64,000 nucleotides of DNA from Takakia lepidozioides (lineage: Eukaryota > Plantae > Bryophyta), in the NCBI GenBank assembly GCA_030704615.1, contig CM060731.1, forward strand, positions 19,406,001 to 19,470,000. Direction: 5' to 3'. Below are positions 23,814-38,834 of this stretch, in pieces; within the stretch, counting starts at the first letter, position 1, and each line of letters opens with the position of its first letter. The notes beneath the pieces are model-generated. The model worked only from the letters and a program-made list of their open reading frames with translations, was not told the origin of the DNA and made no database searches. A program made the translations under genes and the position numbers.

Positions 23814-26800
23814 AGGTAGTTACACCCAAATGTGAGCGTTTTGCCCATACAATTGGTGCAGTAAGGGGAAAAATTATATGACTGGATGAGCAATTGAACA
23901 AACAGCTTGTGGTATGAATTGCATGAATTTTGGACGAAGTGGCTAATTGATATATATTATCAAAGTGGCAGGGCACAAAAATGCTATGCCTGAGCTATAG
24001 AGGGTACCATAACTCACTGAAATATTATCTAATATGAAGCCTACATGTGACCTGATATGCACGAGATGTGCACTTGAAATGGCCAACTACTACACCCAAT
24101 AACTCACCCAACAGCTCGGCCCACAAGAGCAAAAGGTATCCTATGGTGCAGTAGCGAAATAAAGGAGATCGGATGCATGAACTCCAGTAAGCCGCAAATG
24201 TCTGTTTGTGACGGTAATGTCATTGCTCATTGCCTTTGCTGATTCCAGAAAATGTGATATCCACTTGTGAAATAATATTGCAGTCATCCATGTTTTTCTT
24301 TGCATTGTCATTGTTGCTCCAGATTCACATTTGTGAATGTAATTGCGACGGAATCTTTTCCCTTTGAATATGTAGAAGTTTGGGATGTAACTTCCTGCAG
24401 CATTCATGCAGGTGAGGACGCTCAGCCACTCCCTTTGATCTGGTGTTATAGAATGAACAGATCTGGATCCGGTCTTGGCCAGCACAACAGCACCTCCGTT
24501 TCGCCCAGCTTGGGCCCCGGACTCGTCACAATTTCATATCCTTGTTGGCCCATAGTTGTGTACATCAGTTTTAGGTTAGCATAGAACGTCTTTACATTCT
24601 CTGGACATAGTCCCTTGGCCCTGCGAGTTTCTAGTCCTTGAGCTACTCTCAATGAAAGATGTGGATGTCGTGACCTGAACTATCTCACCCACCCCCAGCC
24701 CGGGATTCCATTTGTGAAAGGTGTGACTCTCTCTTGCGTAAAGACGTTCTATGCTAACCTAAAGCTGATGTATGAGAAGCACAACTATGGGCCAACAAGG
24801 ATATGGAATTGTGACGAGTCCGGGGCCCAAGCTGGGCGAAATGGAGGTGTTGTTGTGCTGGCCAAGACCGGATCCAGATTTGTTCATTCTATAACACCAG
24901 ATCAGAGGGAGTGGCTGAGCGTCCTCACTTGCATGAATGCTACAGGAAGTTACATCCCAAACTTCTACATATTCAAAGGGAAAATATTCCGTCGCAATTA
25001 CATTCACAAATGTGAATCTGGAGCAACAATGGCAATGCAAAGAAAAGCATGGATGACTGCAATATTGTTTCACAAGTGGATATCACATTTTCTGGAATCA
25101 GCAAAGGCAATGGGCAATGACATTACCGTCACAAACAGACATTTGCTAATTCTGCATAGTCACAACTCACACGTCACCCTAGACGTTGTCAAGCAAGCAA
25201 GATTAGGACTTGATGTCATTATACTTCCTTCCCACACATCCCATGCACTCCAGCCCCTTGATGTGGCAGTGTTCAAGCCCTTTAAGACTGCCTTCAGGAA
25301 ATATAGAGATGTTTGGACCATGGCACATAAAGGAAGAGGAGCGTTGAAAGAAGATCTGACCCAATGGGTCTCCCTTGCATTGAAAAAATGACTAACCCCT
25401 ACCAACATTGCCAAGGGATTCAAGACCTATGGGATCTGGCCTCTGAATCCAGAAGCCATGGCAGGAAAGATGGGGCCGGCATAATGTTTCTCAGGGCCGG
25501 GGACACCAGACCTGCACGCCGAGGAGATCAGGCCAGAATCAATGGACGAGGATACACCTGAGGGGGAGGTAGAAGACGTACTTGATGCCCTTCATGTGGA
25601 AGAGGTGTTGGGCAACCATGTGCCCAACATACAAGAGAATCACCACCACTACTTTGTGGTGGTCGAAGAGCCAGATGAGGATGGGCGCAATGACCAGGAA
25701 AGGGGCGATGACAACCAGCCACACTTTCGCAGTAGCCAGGAGTCCTTAGTGCAGCTCGATGATGACGCAGACTGGGAGATGGTTCCCAGCCAGCCAAAGG
25801 TCCCTTCATCAATCTCCCGATTCTTGACGCTCCCAGAGGCTCCTGCAGTCAATCGAAGGGTAAGAGCATCAAGAGATGAACCTATTATAGACTACAACAA
25901 GTCAATTATAATGACATCTGATGTATACTTGGCAGCACTAAAGCAAAAAGTGAGACTAAAAGAAAAAGCAACCCAAGCTCGTGAGCAGAAAAAAGAGGAG
26001 ACCCTGCAAGGTAAAACAAAGCGGGCAGCTAAGAAGATCGAGAAAGATGCTCTCAAGAAAGCCCGAACACAAGAGCGACTGGCCAAGAGGGCCTTCGACG
26101 CCAAGTGGTCGGCACGAGCCTGCAGCGAGGCAGGAGAACGTCTGAAGCAAACAACCCCTCCCCCAAGCATGCATGGATCGCCCCATTGTGCGGGTGGGCT
26201 CCACCAATCTGTAAACACAATCAAAAAATTGCTATTGCTAAACGTCGGACAAAGGCCCGAGGGGAAGACACAAGTCATCTGCAGGTCGTAGGAGTGCCAT
26301 GGGCGCATCAACCAGGTTCGGGACCACCTGTTGTAGAGTGAGTTGTTGTCATGGCAGACCATGGTGGGAAGGAGTTGCTGGGAGGCGACAAAGATGGCGG
26401 GAGGAATCAAGGTGGTGGCGGGAGAACAATAGGTGGAGAGCCGTCCTGTGAGACTGGTCCAAATTAGTGCAGTGAGAGGTGAGGTTTCAGGCTGGAAAAG
26501 CACGCAGTTTGGCACACTTTGGATCACTGCGTGCTTAAATAAAAATCCAAATCTAGGAGAGTGGGGTCCACTTTACATGCAGGATTGACCATTTCGCACA
26601 CATTCACGGTTTCCCAAGGGCTTACTGGAGTTCATGCATCCGATCTCCTTTATTTCGCTATTGCACCATAGGATACCTTTTGCTCTTGTGGGCCGAGCTG
26701 TTGGGTGAGTTATTGGGTGTAGTAGTTGGCCATTTCAAGTGCACATCTCGTGCATATCAGGTCACATGTAGGCTTCATATTAGATAATATTTCAGTGAGT

Positions 26801-27007
26801 TATGGTACCCTCTATAGCTCAGGCATAACATTTTTGTGCCCTGCCACTTTGATAATATATATCAATTAGCCACTTCGTCCAAAATTCATGCAATTCATAC
26901 CACAAGCTGTTTGTTCAATTGCTCATCCAGTCATATAATTTTTCCCCTTACTGCACCAATTGAATGGGCATATCTGCTTAAACGCTCACATTTGGGTGTA
27001 ACTACCT
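23814..27007. mobile_element. Tc1/mariner-superfamily pogo/Fot1-type (DDE_1) DNA transposon, rearranged into a fold-back
   Basis: Inverted termini AGGTAGTTACACCCAAATGTGAGCG each flanked by TA; ~380-bp inverted arms; transposase motifs IWNCDESG, LLIL(H)SHNSH and SHALQPLDVAVFKPFK at 24738-25391; an inverted partial copy at 24193-24740. Confidence 0.9.
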
Positions 27008-27267
27008 TACATGGACAAAAACTCCAATAAAGAAACAAGCCACAGGGCCCACAATAGCCACAAGCAGCAGATTTTCGTGCCACACGAGGACTAGAAGGTA
27101 TTTTTAGGGTGCTTTTCGAGGTTCTAGCAGCTCGAGATCTTCCGCTTGAATTGGAGAGCAGAAGGATTGGTGAGGTAGAGACTTGAGGTGTTCTGCCTCA
27201 TCTGAAGGTTCGCATATGTCAAAATAGTGGGAGGAGGAGGAGAGCAGATTTGAGGAACACAGAGGTG

Positions 27268-28032
27268 ATGGAGGATGGGTGGTTTTACCCAATTGCTTTG
27301 TGGAGCATGTACGTCTTAGCGCTGATGGCATTCTTGTCTCTAAGGGTTATGCAGGCACCGTATGGCCGGCATATAAGGAGGGGCTATGGAACCACCGTGG
27401 CTGCCCGAGAGGCCTGGATCATCTTCGAGAGTCCAACTCTCTTCGTGATGGTGATTGTATTCCATTTTGGACAACACAACATGGAGACGGTGCCCAATCT
27501 TCTTCTCAGATTTCACCAGTTGCATTTCGTCCACCGGTGTATTATATACCCTTTTCGCATGCGGGCTGAGGGCAAGCCTTCGGTGCCTATGGCGATCATT
27601 TTACATGCTATTGCTCTCAATGTGCTCAACACCTACGTGCAGGGTCGATGGATCTCGCACTACGGCAACTACACATCCTCATGGCTAACCAGCCCACAAT
27701 TTCTTATGGGCGCTCTATTGTTTTTCTCAGGAGCAGCGATCAATATCTGGGCTGACAACGTGCTTCTCAATCTCAGGGCGGACAGTCACGACCACTCCTA
27801 CAAAATACCCCGGGGTTTCTTGTATGACTATGTTACATGCCCTAACTATCTCGGCGAGATGATCGAATGGTTCGGTTGGGCCATGATGACAAACTCCTTT
27901 GCCGGTCTTGCTTTCTTTGTGTATTGTGTAGCAAATCTGGGCCCCAGAGCAGTGGACCACCACAAGTGGTACTTGAAAAAGTTCAACAATTATCCCCGGG
28001 ATCGAAAAATACTTGTGCCATTTCTGTTTTAG
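27268..28032 (+). CDS. DET2: Steroid 5-alpha-reductase (DET2-like), intronless, 254 aa
   Basis: APYGRH, AWIIFESP, NIWADNVLLNLR, YKIPRGFLYDYVTCPNYLGEMIEWFGWA, NLGPRAVDHHKWY and RKILVPFLF*. Confidence 0.93.
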   Translation: MEDGWFYPIALWSMYVLALMAFLSLRVMQAPYGRHIRRGYGTTVAAREAWIIFESPTLFVMVIVFHFGQHNMETVPNLLLRFHQLHFVHRCIIYPFRMRAEGKPSVPMAIILHAIALNVLNTYVQGRWISHYGNYTSSWLTSPQFLMGALLFFSGAAINIWADNVLLNLRADSHDHSYKIPRGFLYDYVTCPNYLGEMIEWFGWAMMTNSFAGLAFFVYCVANLGPRAVDHHKWYLKKFNNYPRDRKILVPFLF

Positions 28033-30181
28033 TGAACCTATTCACTCTGGCTAGAGTCCCTGTTCCACATCTGGTTCAGCACATCTTACTGTACCCTGTT
28101 TTGAGTCCTCAAAGGTAGCACTCATTGGGCTTGATTGCTGCAAGTATTCGGCTTGTATACATGATCAGTGATGAAGGTAGTTGCAGCCAATTCTATTGTT
28201 TTGGCCTCGAAGTGTGAGGATTAACTAATAGTTCTCTAAACTCTAAACCATCAGCGGAGCAATTCAAGAGGGTCTGTATGTATGTATGTTTTGATTGCCA
28301 AAATATATGGCAGCCTTGTTGGTCATGTGCTTGGTGGTGAACGAGGGCTCTCTTTCAAGCACGACAGAAGGAAGAGCGGCCCACTTTGCCTTTGCAAATT
28401 CTTGCCAAAGAGCTCTTTTGCCATGCTACAATTGATTTTCAGGAGAAAGAAAGGAAAATGGAAACAGCGGACCTTTGAAACGTGTATCACAATGGTGCTG
28501 AAGAACTTAGCATATCAACCATTGGAATTGAGTGGTGTATTGGTTGAATGAGAATTTCCATTTTTCTAATCTATTCCTATCGAATGATTTGTCAAAATTC
28601 TTCTACATCCTACCAGTCTTATAGATGTGTTAGACCTTAGTAGAGAAAATGTCATACAAATGTAACATTGTAACAGATATAGGGTAGGAGTCTTTCAAAA
28701 ATTGCACTTAGAAATGGAACACGAATGCAGAGATTGAACATTGGAACCTAACACTTAAAACTTACTTAGAGTCGTGTACTTTGGTGAGGCATGCAAGTTG
28801 CAAAAATTGCGAAGGTGCTTATCAATAGTGCAAGGTAGATTGTTTTGTTATCTCGCGCAGTTGAGGTCTCTCAAACTGTACGGCCTCCGCCCAATGGTCT
28901 TGATACCGCATCAAGGCGATTTCATAATTTTTGAGAGGTGTCGGAGATATTGAATTTCAAGTTTTTTTTATTGGAAATTCATAAAAAATAATAAGTTGGG
29001 TTTTTATAGGGAATATTGGTCCTTCACCTTTTGGTACACACGGTTGTAAATGTATGTGCTCATCGGCACAGACCACAGTCTATATGTTAAGTTTGGTAGT
29101 TTGTTTTGTTTGTTGGATGTCTTATGAATCGCTAAGCCCTTGCTCTGCCTTCCCCACTGTCACCTCCTCTCTGTTGGCTCCTCCCTATAAGGGAGAGACT
29201 ACGCATTGGTGCCGGTAAATGGCTGGAGACCGGTGGAGACTGGTGAAAGCCAGTTGCTGTTTCTTCTTCTGTTCGTAAAAGCCTGACCTTTGTCATCCCC
29301 TACGAGCAGATGTGATCACATGGGCTTGGATACTAAGTATCTGCAGCGGCAATGGATGCATGGCCACTGGACGGCAAGAAGCCCTTGCAGCAGCTGCGGA
29401 ATCAGACAATGTTAATTGGGGCCTTGTGCTTTTAGAAAGAAATAAAAATTAAAAATTAAAAAATTAACTGAAGTTCAAAACATTTGCTACAACCATTCTT
29501 TTTGTGCAGTAAGAGAAAATCAACTCATAGGAATAATTGTTCATTATCATTGTCCCGTACGGTAGTATTGGTACCATTACCTGCCGAGGGAGACGATCGT
29601 CCCTGTGTATACGTAAAGAACTGCCCAGAATTTTCCTATATGATTCAAGGTCCATCCCTGACAGGAATATGCCTCGAAATACTCCTGCTCGAAGTGGAGG
29701 AACATTCTGCAGATTGGATGAAAATTCTGAGCCGTTCTTCACGTTTGGGAAGGCCCCTGCCGAGGGCATTCCACGATTTACGTATAAGCTTAGCTCCAAG
29801 GGTGAAAAACGAAACGTTAGGACTTAGTCGCTGTGTTTGTGAGTTCTTGTTCTCTCATCCTGGACCGCATGATCAGGTCTGATCCTGTGATAGAAACGAT
29901 TCCCCCACAGCGTGTCTTACCTCCTTAATCGCGCGTTGCATGTGTAACCATGTCCACGGGACGGCGGATATTGCCACAAGGAAAAACTTACGGCATTACA
30001 TTACTCCCACTTTGTATCATGAAATTTGACTTACGTCTAAAAAGATTACGGATAACAAAGAGAAGGTGACATTGGTACAGGATAAGGCTTCCGCTCTTTC
30101 CAGAGCCTCGCGCATGGAATTTGAACACAGGATCCCCCGGTAAGAATTCACGTGTCCTACCCGTGGCTACCGACCCACCGC

Positions 30182-30273
30182 TTGGCGCTCAAAAGTTTGG
30201 AATACAGTTCCCGCCAACCGGGTATGAAACGGCGGGATAGTTGCCCGCCACTCGGGGAGCCCTGCTGGCGAAA
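30182..30273. promoter_or_regulatory. Cluster of E2F-like sites upstream of RNR2
   Basis: TTCCCGCCA, GGCGGGATA, TTGCCCGCCA and TGGCGAAA within ~90 bp; plant RNR promoters are known E2F targets. Confidence 0.55.
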
Positions 30274-30703
30274 CTTGTCCTAGAAGCTGTCCACACGGCG
30301 GCGTAGGATTGGTGGATCGTGGGTATTGAGTACAAATAGGCGTCCGCGCCATGGGGTGCGAAGGGGTCTGTACTAGGGTTATCACAGCGCAGCGCCGCGC
30401 TCTTGCTATCACTTTCCAGGAATTCGTAGTCTCATTCCTCGGTTGCAGAGAAGTCTGGATTGTTTGTCGAGCTCGAGGCGTCTTAGACGTTTCTTCTTTC
30501 AAGTAAAGCTTCATCGAGTAAGTTTGACTGCAATCTGAACAATACTCGTAACCTGTCTTGTCACGTGTTACCGGGTTCCTATCGCGGATGTCTGACGTCT
30601 CTTACACGGAGAATGCATGCTGGAAAAATTTGATTAAATGTTCTAATGGATTTGCAGTGCTGACTGACGGTTCCCTGTGATAATCAATCTGTGCAGAACA
30701 ATC

Positions 30704-33092
<2,389 letters not shown>

Positions 33093-33844
33093 ATCATCTC
33101 AACATGTACAGATCTGGCTGCTGTGAAGCATGCTTATGAATACTATTTCTGTTCAACTCACCAGGCCAATCTTTACAGTAGGTGATCCACATGGCCAGTT
33201 GATGCTGGCCCACAGATTTTTGCCATGACTTCCACTGGCTTGCTACTTTGGTGATGTATATAGAGCACCTTTTTTAATGCATAATTATTTTTTCTTGTGA
33301 TTAACTGTGGACGAATTATGAGTGGTAGGAGTGTAATTGAGGAGGCCTATTTCTGGGTTTGAAAGGTATAGAGGTGAACTGTAAGATTGCTGGCAGAGCT
33401 CTTTGCAGCAAGCCAGTAAGGAATTGCAGTGTGAAATGAAGCTGTCATTACATGGGGTAATGGAGATATGAAAGTTTTCTCATGTAGGAATGAAGCGACT
33501 ACAATCCAGAGTAGGACAAGTGAAACTTATCTGACAGATACATGATAAGTCACCATCAGAACAATTGCTTTTCGTTGCTTCTTGGATCCCATCATAAGAT
33601 TGGTTACTGTGATGAGTGGGAGAGACATGATCGTCTATTTGCTAGTTCTACATGCATCATATGTTTTGCAAGTACCTATGGTATTGAAATTGTGCCTCCA
33701 ACTCATGTAAAAGAAGTGGATGTTATGGAAGTGTCGTTTTATAATTGATTATGTGTTTTATTAATCCCTCCCTAACTGTTGATGTGTTAACCTTGTCTAA
33801 ATGTATTTTCCTTTTTACCCCCGACAATTAACATTATCCAAGGC

Positions 33845-34019
33845 AGATAAAGATAAAGATTCTTTAACGTCCAGTGAATTTACAGAGCCTACTGCTTAAC
33901 ACACAGGCCATCGAGAGCCCAATGGACGGTCTGAAGACACATGTTGAAGGATTGAACCCAGGATCACCAAGGTTATGCACAGGCAAGGCACAAATACCCA
34001 ACCACTGGGCTACCTGCTC
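33845..34019 (-). mobile_element. tRNA-derived SINE
   Basis: Minus strand has A box TAGCCCAGTGG and B box GGTTCAATCC with no complete cloverleaf; the tail GGACGTTAAAGAATC is followed by (CTTTAT)-type repeats. Confidence 0.6.
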
Positions 34020-34099
34020 AAGTGCAGACTGAAGTCACATATGGCTTTGTAAAACACTGGCAAATTTTTTTTCTTTGTAATTTAAGGAACCTCCCTGGC

Positions 34100-34200
34100 C
34101 GCAAGGGTCCCCCATTACGGGAAGTACCTTTCGCTTTTGGAAGGTCCCCCAATTTGCGGTAAGTACCTTCCGCGTTGGGAAGGGTCCCCCATTTGCGGGG
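34100..34200. repeat. ~38-bp tandem units (AAGGGTCCCCC…GCGG…AAGTACCTT), possibly subterminal repeats of the YR element
   Basis: About 2.5 degenerate copies are directly visible. Confidence 0.6.
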
Positions 34201-34609
34201 GCAAGGAAGCTCCACTACATTTCTTTTAGGGTTAATCTTTTGAGATAAAATTTCTTTCACAATTTGACAGGAATTTCTTTCAAAATATTCTTTCCAAGTT
34301 CCCATCAATGTAGACAAAAAAGAACGCTAAGCAGAGAAACTAAAATCAATAGAAGGTATTTTTGGCTGTATTTGTGAACGCCTCATACTGGCAACAATGT
34401 CTACAGTTTCTAACTGACTCAGGCACATGTGATATATCAGTTCTCCTTCAATTTCTTAAGAATGTCAGCTGCGGTTTCGTTATCAAGCACTTGCAGCGTG
34501 ATGTTGCCGTGAACAACTCCAAAACTAGGTCCAATGTGTGTCACATTTCCTGTTGAAATAACCTGGTTACGATCTCCAAATATTCTCTCCAATTTATCGT
34601 TATTCTGGT

Positions 34610-36483
34610 TCAAGGCTTCGGTAATAGCATCTTGAGTTTCCTAACTCTCCCAGAATGAGTCGTCGTCGATTTGGGTAACATTACTCTTACAGGGAGCCGT
34701 AGTAAGAGCTGACGATGAAGTAGAGTAGGATTTCTGGTTAACTCTGTCACTGACAAAGAGAACATCGCTGGAACTTGAGAGTGCATAATATTTGAATTAA
34801 CTGGTCCAATAGATCCACTTCCCTGAGAACCGCCATACTCAGATTCAATTACCCTTCTGTAGTTCTCTTTCTCTTCTTCAAGAGCTTGTTCATATGAAAG
34901 AGGCTTTCCATTGCACACTTCAACAGATACAATTCGTTGCAGGGCAGGATCTCTAACCATTTTGTTCATTTGATTGTATCTGCATACAAAGGAATAATAG
35001 CAATATATGAGTGTAAGATATTACCAGTTGAAATACAAAAGCAGGAAACATAGAGATCTAGATAGAATGTAATATACTTGCCATATGCCTTAGCACTCCT
35101 GTGACCTGTAAGCTCCATTCCATGTTCTCGTGGAACATAAGCTTCCTCCATCCGTGTTATTCCACCACCGCGACCAGTCTTGTTGGTAAGAACTTTGCCG
35201 GCTAATTCTGGCAGCTCCCTGGTCATCTTGTTCGTGTAGGAACGCAACGAATTTCTACCTACAGGAATCTTCGAGAACCAGACATCATCAGTAAACTTCC
35301 ATTTCTGCCTTGGTGTGAGGAACATAGGGTGCGGCCCTAATTCCTGAGGAATCCACGTAGGTCGTTTCTTGATGAGCAGTTTGTAGAGATCAATTACATG
35401 TGCATCCTGACAATCAACAGGTTTTCTATGATCTTCCGCATTGCAATGATTGATATCCAATTGATAATTCTCGGAGATGCCCTGACAAAACCTACAAAGA
35501 AAGTACAAAATGTCAAGCCAATACTTTGACTAAAAAGCATGTTAACATAATGCAATTCATGCACTGATCACTTATGTTGTGGCAAAACCTGCAAAGAAAA
35601 TGCAAGATGTCAAGCCAACGTAAATCTGAAGATATTTCCAAAAAACATGAATTAACATGCAATTCGTGCACTCACTGTAGAACAACTCCCAACCGCGTCT
35701 CGACTAGAGTGAAATCCTCTTCGTCCACTTTGCGAAGTTCAGCAAAAGCTCTTACGAAGAAATTTCGAGTACACATGTAGCTAAACCACATATTGAGACC
35801 AGATGGTGAGTAAGGCTGACAAAGTTTTTGGCTCAACATGAGGATTTCTTCCTGCTTAGTTAGCACATTGCTTTTTTAACAATGCGTCCCAAACCTGCAT
35901 TGCATGAGCGACAAACAGCCTCGTCCGCGGCCAGTTTCACTTTGGCATATCTTGGATCATTCAGAATGTTGAAGATACAAGCTGGCACTTCTCCAGACTC
36001 TACTATCCGCATCTCGCATGGTGCTCTTATAAGACGTCCCAAAGCTCTGAACATCGACTGTATACTCCCTGGAGGGTACAAAGAGCCATCGCTCTTAGTC
36101 ACCTCTAATATGAATAATGTTAGCATGTCTACTAACAATTTCACATCAGTTTCTGACAGGTCCACCACTGATTTTTCTGTCGAGTAACCTTTATGCTTCC
36201 TCCAGCAATCGAATGCTCGACGGGCCCATAACTCACCGTGCTTATTGCGACGCCGACCTCCTCCCAGCACATTCTGCAGCTCACTCTCGTCAACCTCTCG
36301 AAAGCGCCTAACCAAATTAACAACACTTCTAGGTTGCGTTGAAGTACGTGCTTGCGGATCCTTGTCATCACCATTATTAGGCACATCATAATCATCATCA
36401 GGTACCTCCTCAAAATCTTCGATAAGAGGAATACACCAATCTAGAAAACCAACAACCTCAGCGTCATCACAGACAGGGTTCTG
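34610..36483 (-). mobile_element. Crypton-like (DUF3504-type) tyrosine-recombinase gene with spliceosomal introns, catalytic part; degenerate
   Basis: KSDGSLYPPGSI, FFVRAFAELR (first Arg), WFSKIPVGRNSL, LTNKTGR (HxxR position) and LTGHRSAKAYGKY. GT-AG introns at ~35490-35675 and 35077-34980; a frameshift near 35865. Confidence 0.8.
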
Positions 36484-36502
36484 GGACGATCGCCTGGCAC
36501 CC

Positions 36503-37716
36503 TCACAGACGACCTCCGTCGTTTAAACCCTTTTTCTCTTTAAGCTGTTCAATCAAAGTTGGTAAATCTGACTGAAACGGACACCATCGAGTATAGTGTT
36601 CAGTGGATTTACAAATCATGCAAGCAGGCAAAGAAGCCTTGTTCACATACCTCTGACTTGCTTGAGGCTTGCCACGAGAACCAATAGGCTTGTTACCTTG
36701 AATATGTCGGCCATCGGAATCCGAGGGGCGTCGGGTTACTTCACTTTTCATGGCCAAAATTTGGTCTTGTACCTCACTACGAAATTGCTGCAGCTCCTGT
36801 ACAATGGCAGGAAGTAGCTCATCTGTGCAAAGCTTCCCCCCTTCATGAGAATCAGAAACGTTAGTACCACAAGAGCTGGCCAATAATTGGGTAGCCTTGG
36901 CGGGAGAAGTGTAGGGTACACCAGCCTTTGCAGCTTTTAACCTTAGCTTTTCTTCCAACTGACCAACCATCTCGTCTTCATGATGATGTTGTTGCTTCTA
37001 TAGAAAGACTCTTTCTGCTGGTGGCAAGCCCTTGATGAAACAATGTTTCAGGATGGCAGTCCGTTCAATAGGGTCGTCAACGGCCTTACACACTGTTGTG
37101 CGAGGATCAGTGTAATATTTCCATAAACTGTCGCCAGGGATGAATGTTAGTTCGGGTACAGTGTAGGTTATGGGCTTGGCCTCTCGAAACAATCTTCCTG
37201 CCGATGTTTTTGCTTCTTCCCAAGGCAGCTCAGTCTTACCTTTAATGTTGGATTCAAAAATCTTACGAGCCTCACCTTTCAGGCATACCTGGAAAGCCTT
37301 GACAACAAAACGAGATGGAACGGAATTGATCTCCCTACTGATATCAAAGAATTCCAAAAACGATTCAAAATCATCCCCTAAGTTAAAATCAGAGTAGGGC
37401 TGTTTGTGTATTTTCTCTGTGTAGTCAGGGGGTTTACCAGCAGTAGACACAGGGGTGTTTTGCTGAATCAACATTTTCATTAAAGGCGGACAATCGGATA
37501 CTACACCCATGGCTTCACAAAGCTTCTCCACATCAAGAGCTGGCTCTTGAGGGACCTTATCCTTTGCTACCCCTCCCTGATCAATAGATTCTTCAGCTTG
37601 AGAGATCTCATTCTTGTCAGCATCTAACTCTCTCTCTTTCTTCTAGCTTCAAGTTCACTCAATCCTACCATCTCTTCGGCTTCCTTTTCCAGCATGGCCC
37701 TAGTGTAGACAGGCAT
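36503..37716 (-). mobile_element. gag of gypsy element A (within the inverted segment), degenerate
   Basis: Starts MPVYTRAM; capsid-like LKGEARKIF…FIKGLPP; zinc knuckle CMICKSTEHYTRWC; ends at GGGTTTAAAC; in-frame TAG at ~36998. Confidence 0.8.
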
Positions 37717-38816
37717 GGGCAGGACCAATACAACTTATCTCCGATCCGCTGGAGCTGGAAGGAACTCCTCCCAGTTTGCCACACAATGGCGACTGATGTA
37801 CTTGTGTTTGGGCAAAAGGTAGACCATCTCACCCAACTGATCCCAGACTTCCCGGTCTGACTTGAGCCAAAATGAGACTTTGGCAATGGAGCGGATGATG
37901 CGTTCCTTAACAATCAGGGTATGGGGAGCGCATTCCGCGTGGCTTCCTCCTCCTGACTGAGCCCCACTCATTCGTATTTGAAGTTTTTGCCAGGGAAGAT
38001 CACTACGTCCATGGCACAATGAAAAAAACGCTGCTCAAGCACCCCGGCAACTACCTCCCCCCAGGTCGGATCAGCAGTAGCCGTAACAACCTTGGCCTCA
38101 CGAAGGTTGGCAAATACAATAGCCATGCCACCCTCTGACAAATTCCCAAAGCCTCAAATGACTAGGCCTGTTGGGATGCAAGAAGCTTTCCAAATCACGG
38201 CCAAGCTCACGGGAAATTGTAAACTTAGGAACACCTATTTCCGCCCAGCTGAATCGTTCACAGGCACTCATTCGACGTTTGAGCACTGAAAATGGGATGC
38301 GCTGAGATAATATCCCTACGCGTGCAGTTCATGCAAACAATTTCCAGCCCAAGCCCCTGCAGTGCTTCGCCACTTTGCGCTTCCTGCTCACGTTTTTTAG
38401 CGGCAGTGGATTGTCATTGTCGCAACCTCCCTCAACAGTCTCCTCTTCAAACTTGCAATCCAGTAATCAGAGGGGTGTCCAACACGATTTCTTCACGTGT
38501 CCATGCTTCCTGGTTATCAAACAGGAGCGTATTGCAGATATCTTTGCTTAGACGGACTCGTAATTCATGCAAAAAGGTAACTCAAAGTTGAGTTCAGGGA
38601 ATCTCAGGAAACAGCGGCTCAGACTCAGAGTGGGAAGGAAGATGCATCGTGCACAACAGACAAAAATCAAGACAAGTTTGCACAAACCAAAAACAAAAAA
38701 GACGAAGCAAGGAGTGTAAGCCGCCGCCATCGTGCGTGCTAATGGCTGTACCTTATGCTCGGAACAACACAGCACCTGAAAATTCATAGTTCATACATCC
38801 ATAGCAACCAGAATCC

Positions 38817-38834
38817 TGCCCCCCATCTCCACCA
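38817..38834 (-). other. Primer-binding site of gypsy A, complementary to the 3' end of tRNA-Ala
   Basis: TGGTGGAGATGGGGGGC immediately follows the LTR end on the minus strand. Confidence 0.7.

Noticed and set aside
33930-34019. Functional tRNA gene
   Set aside because: A and B boxes only; acceptor and anticodon stems do not form, so it is treated as a SINE.
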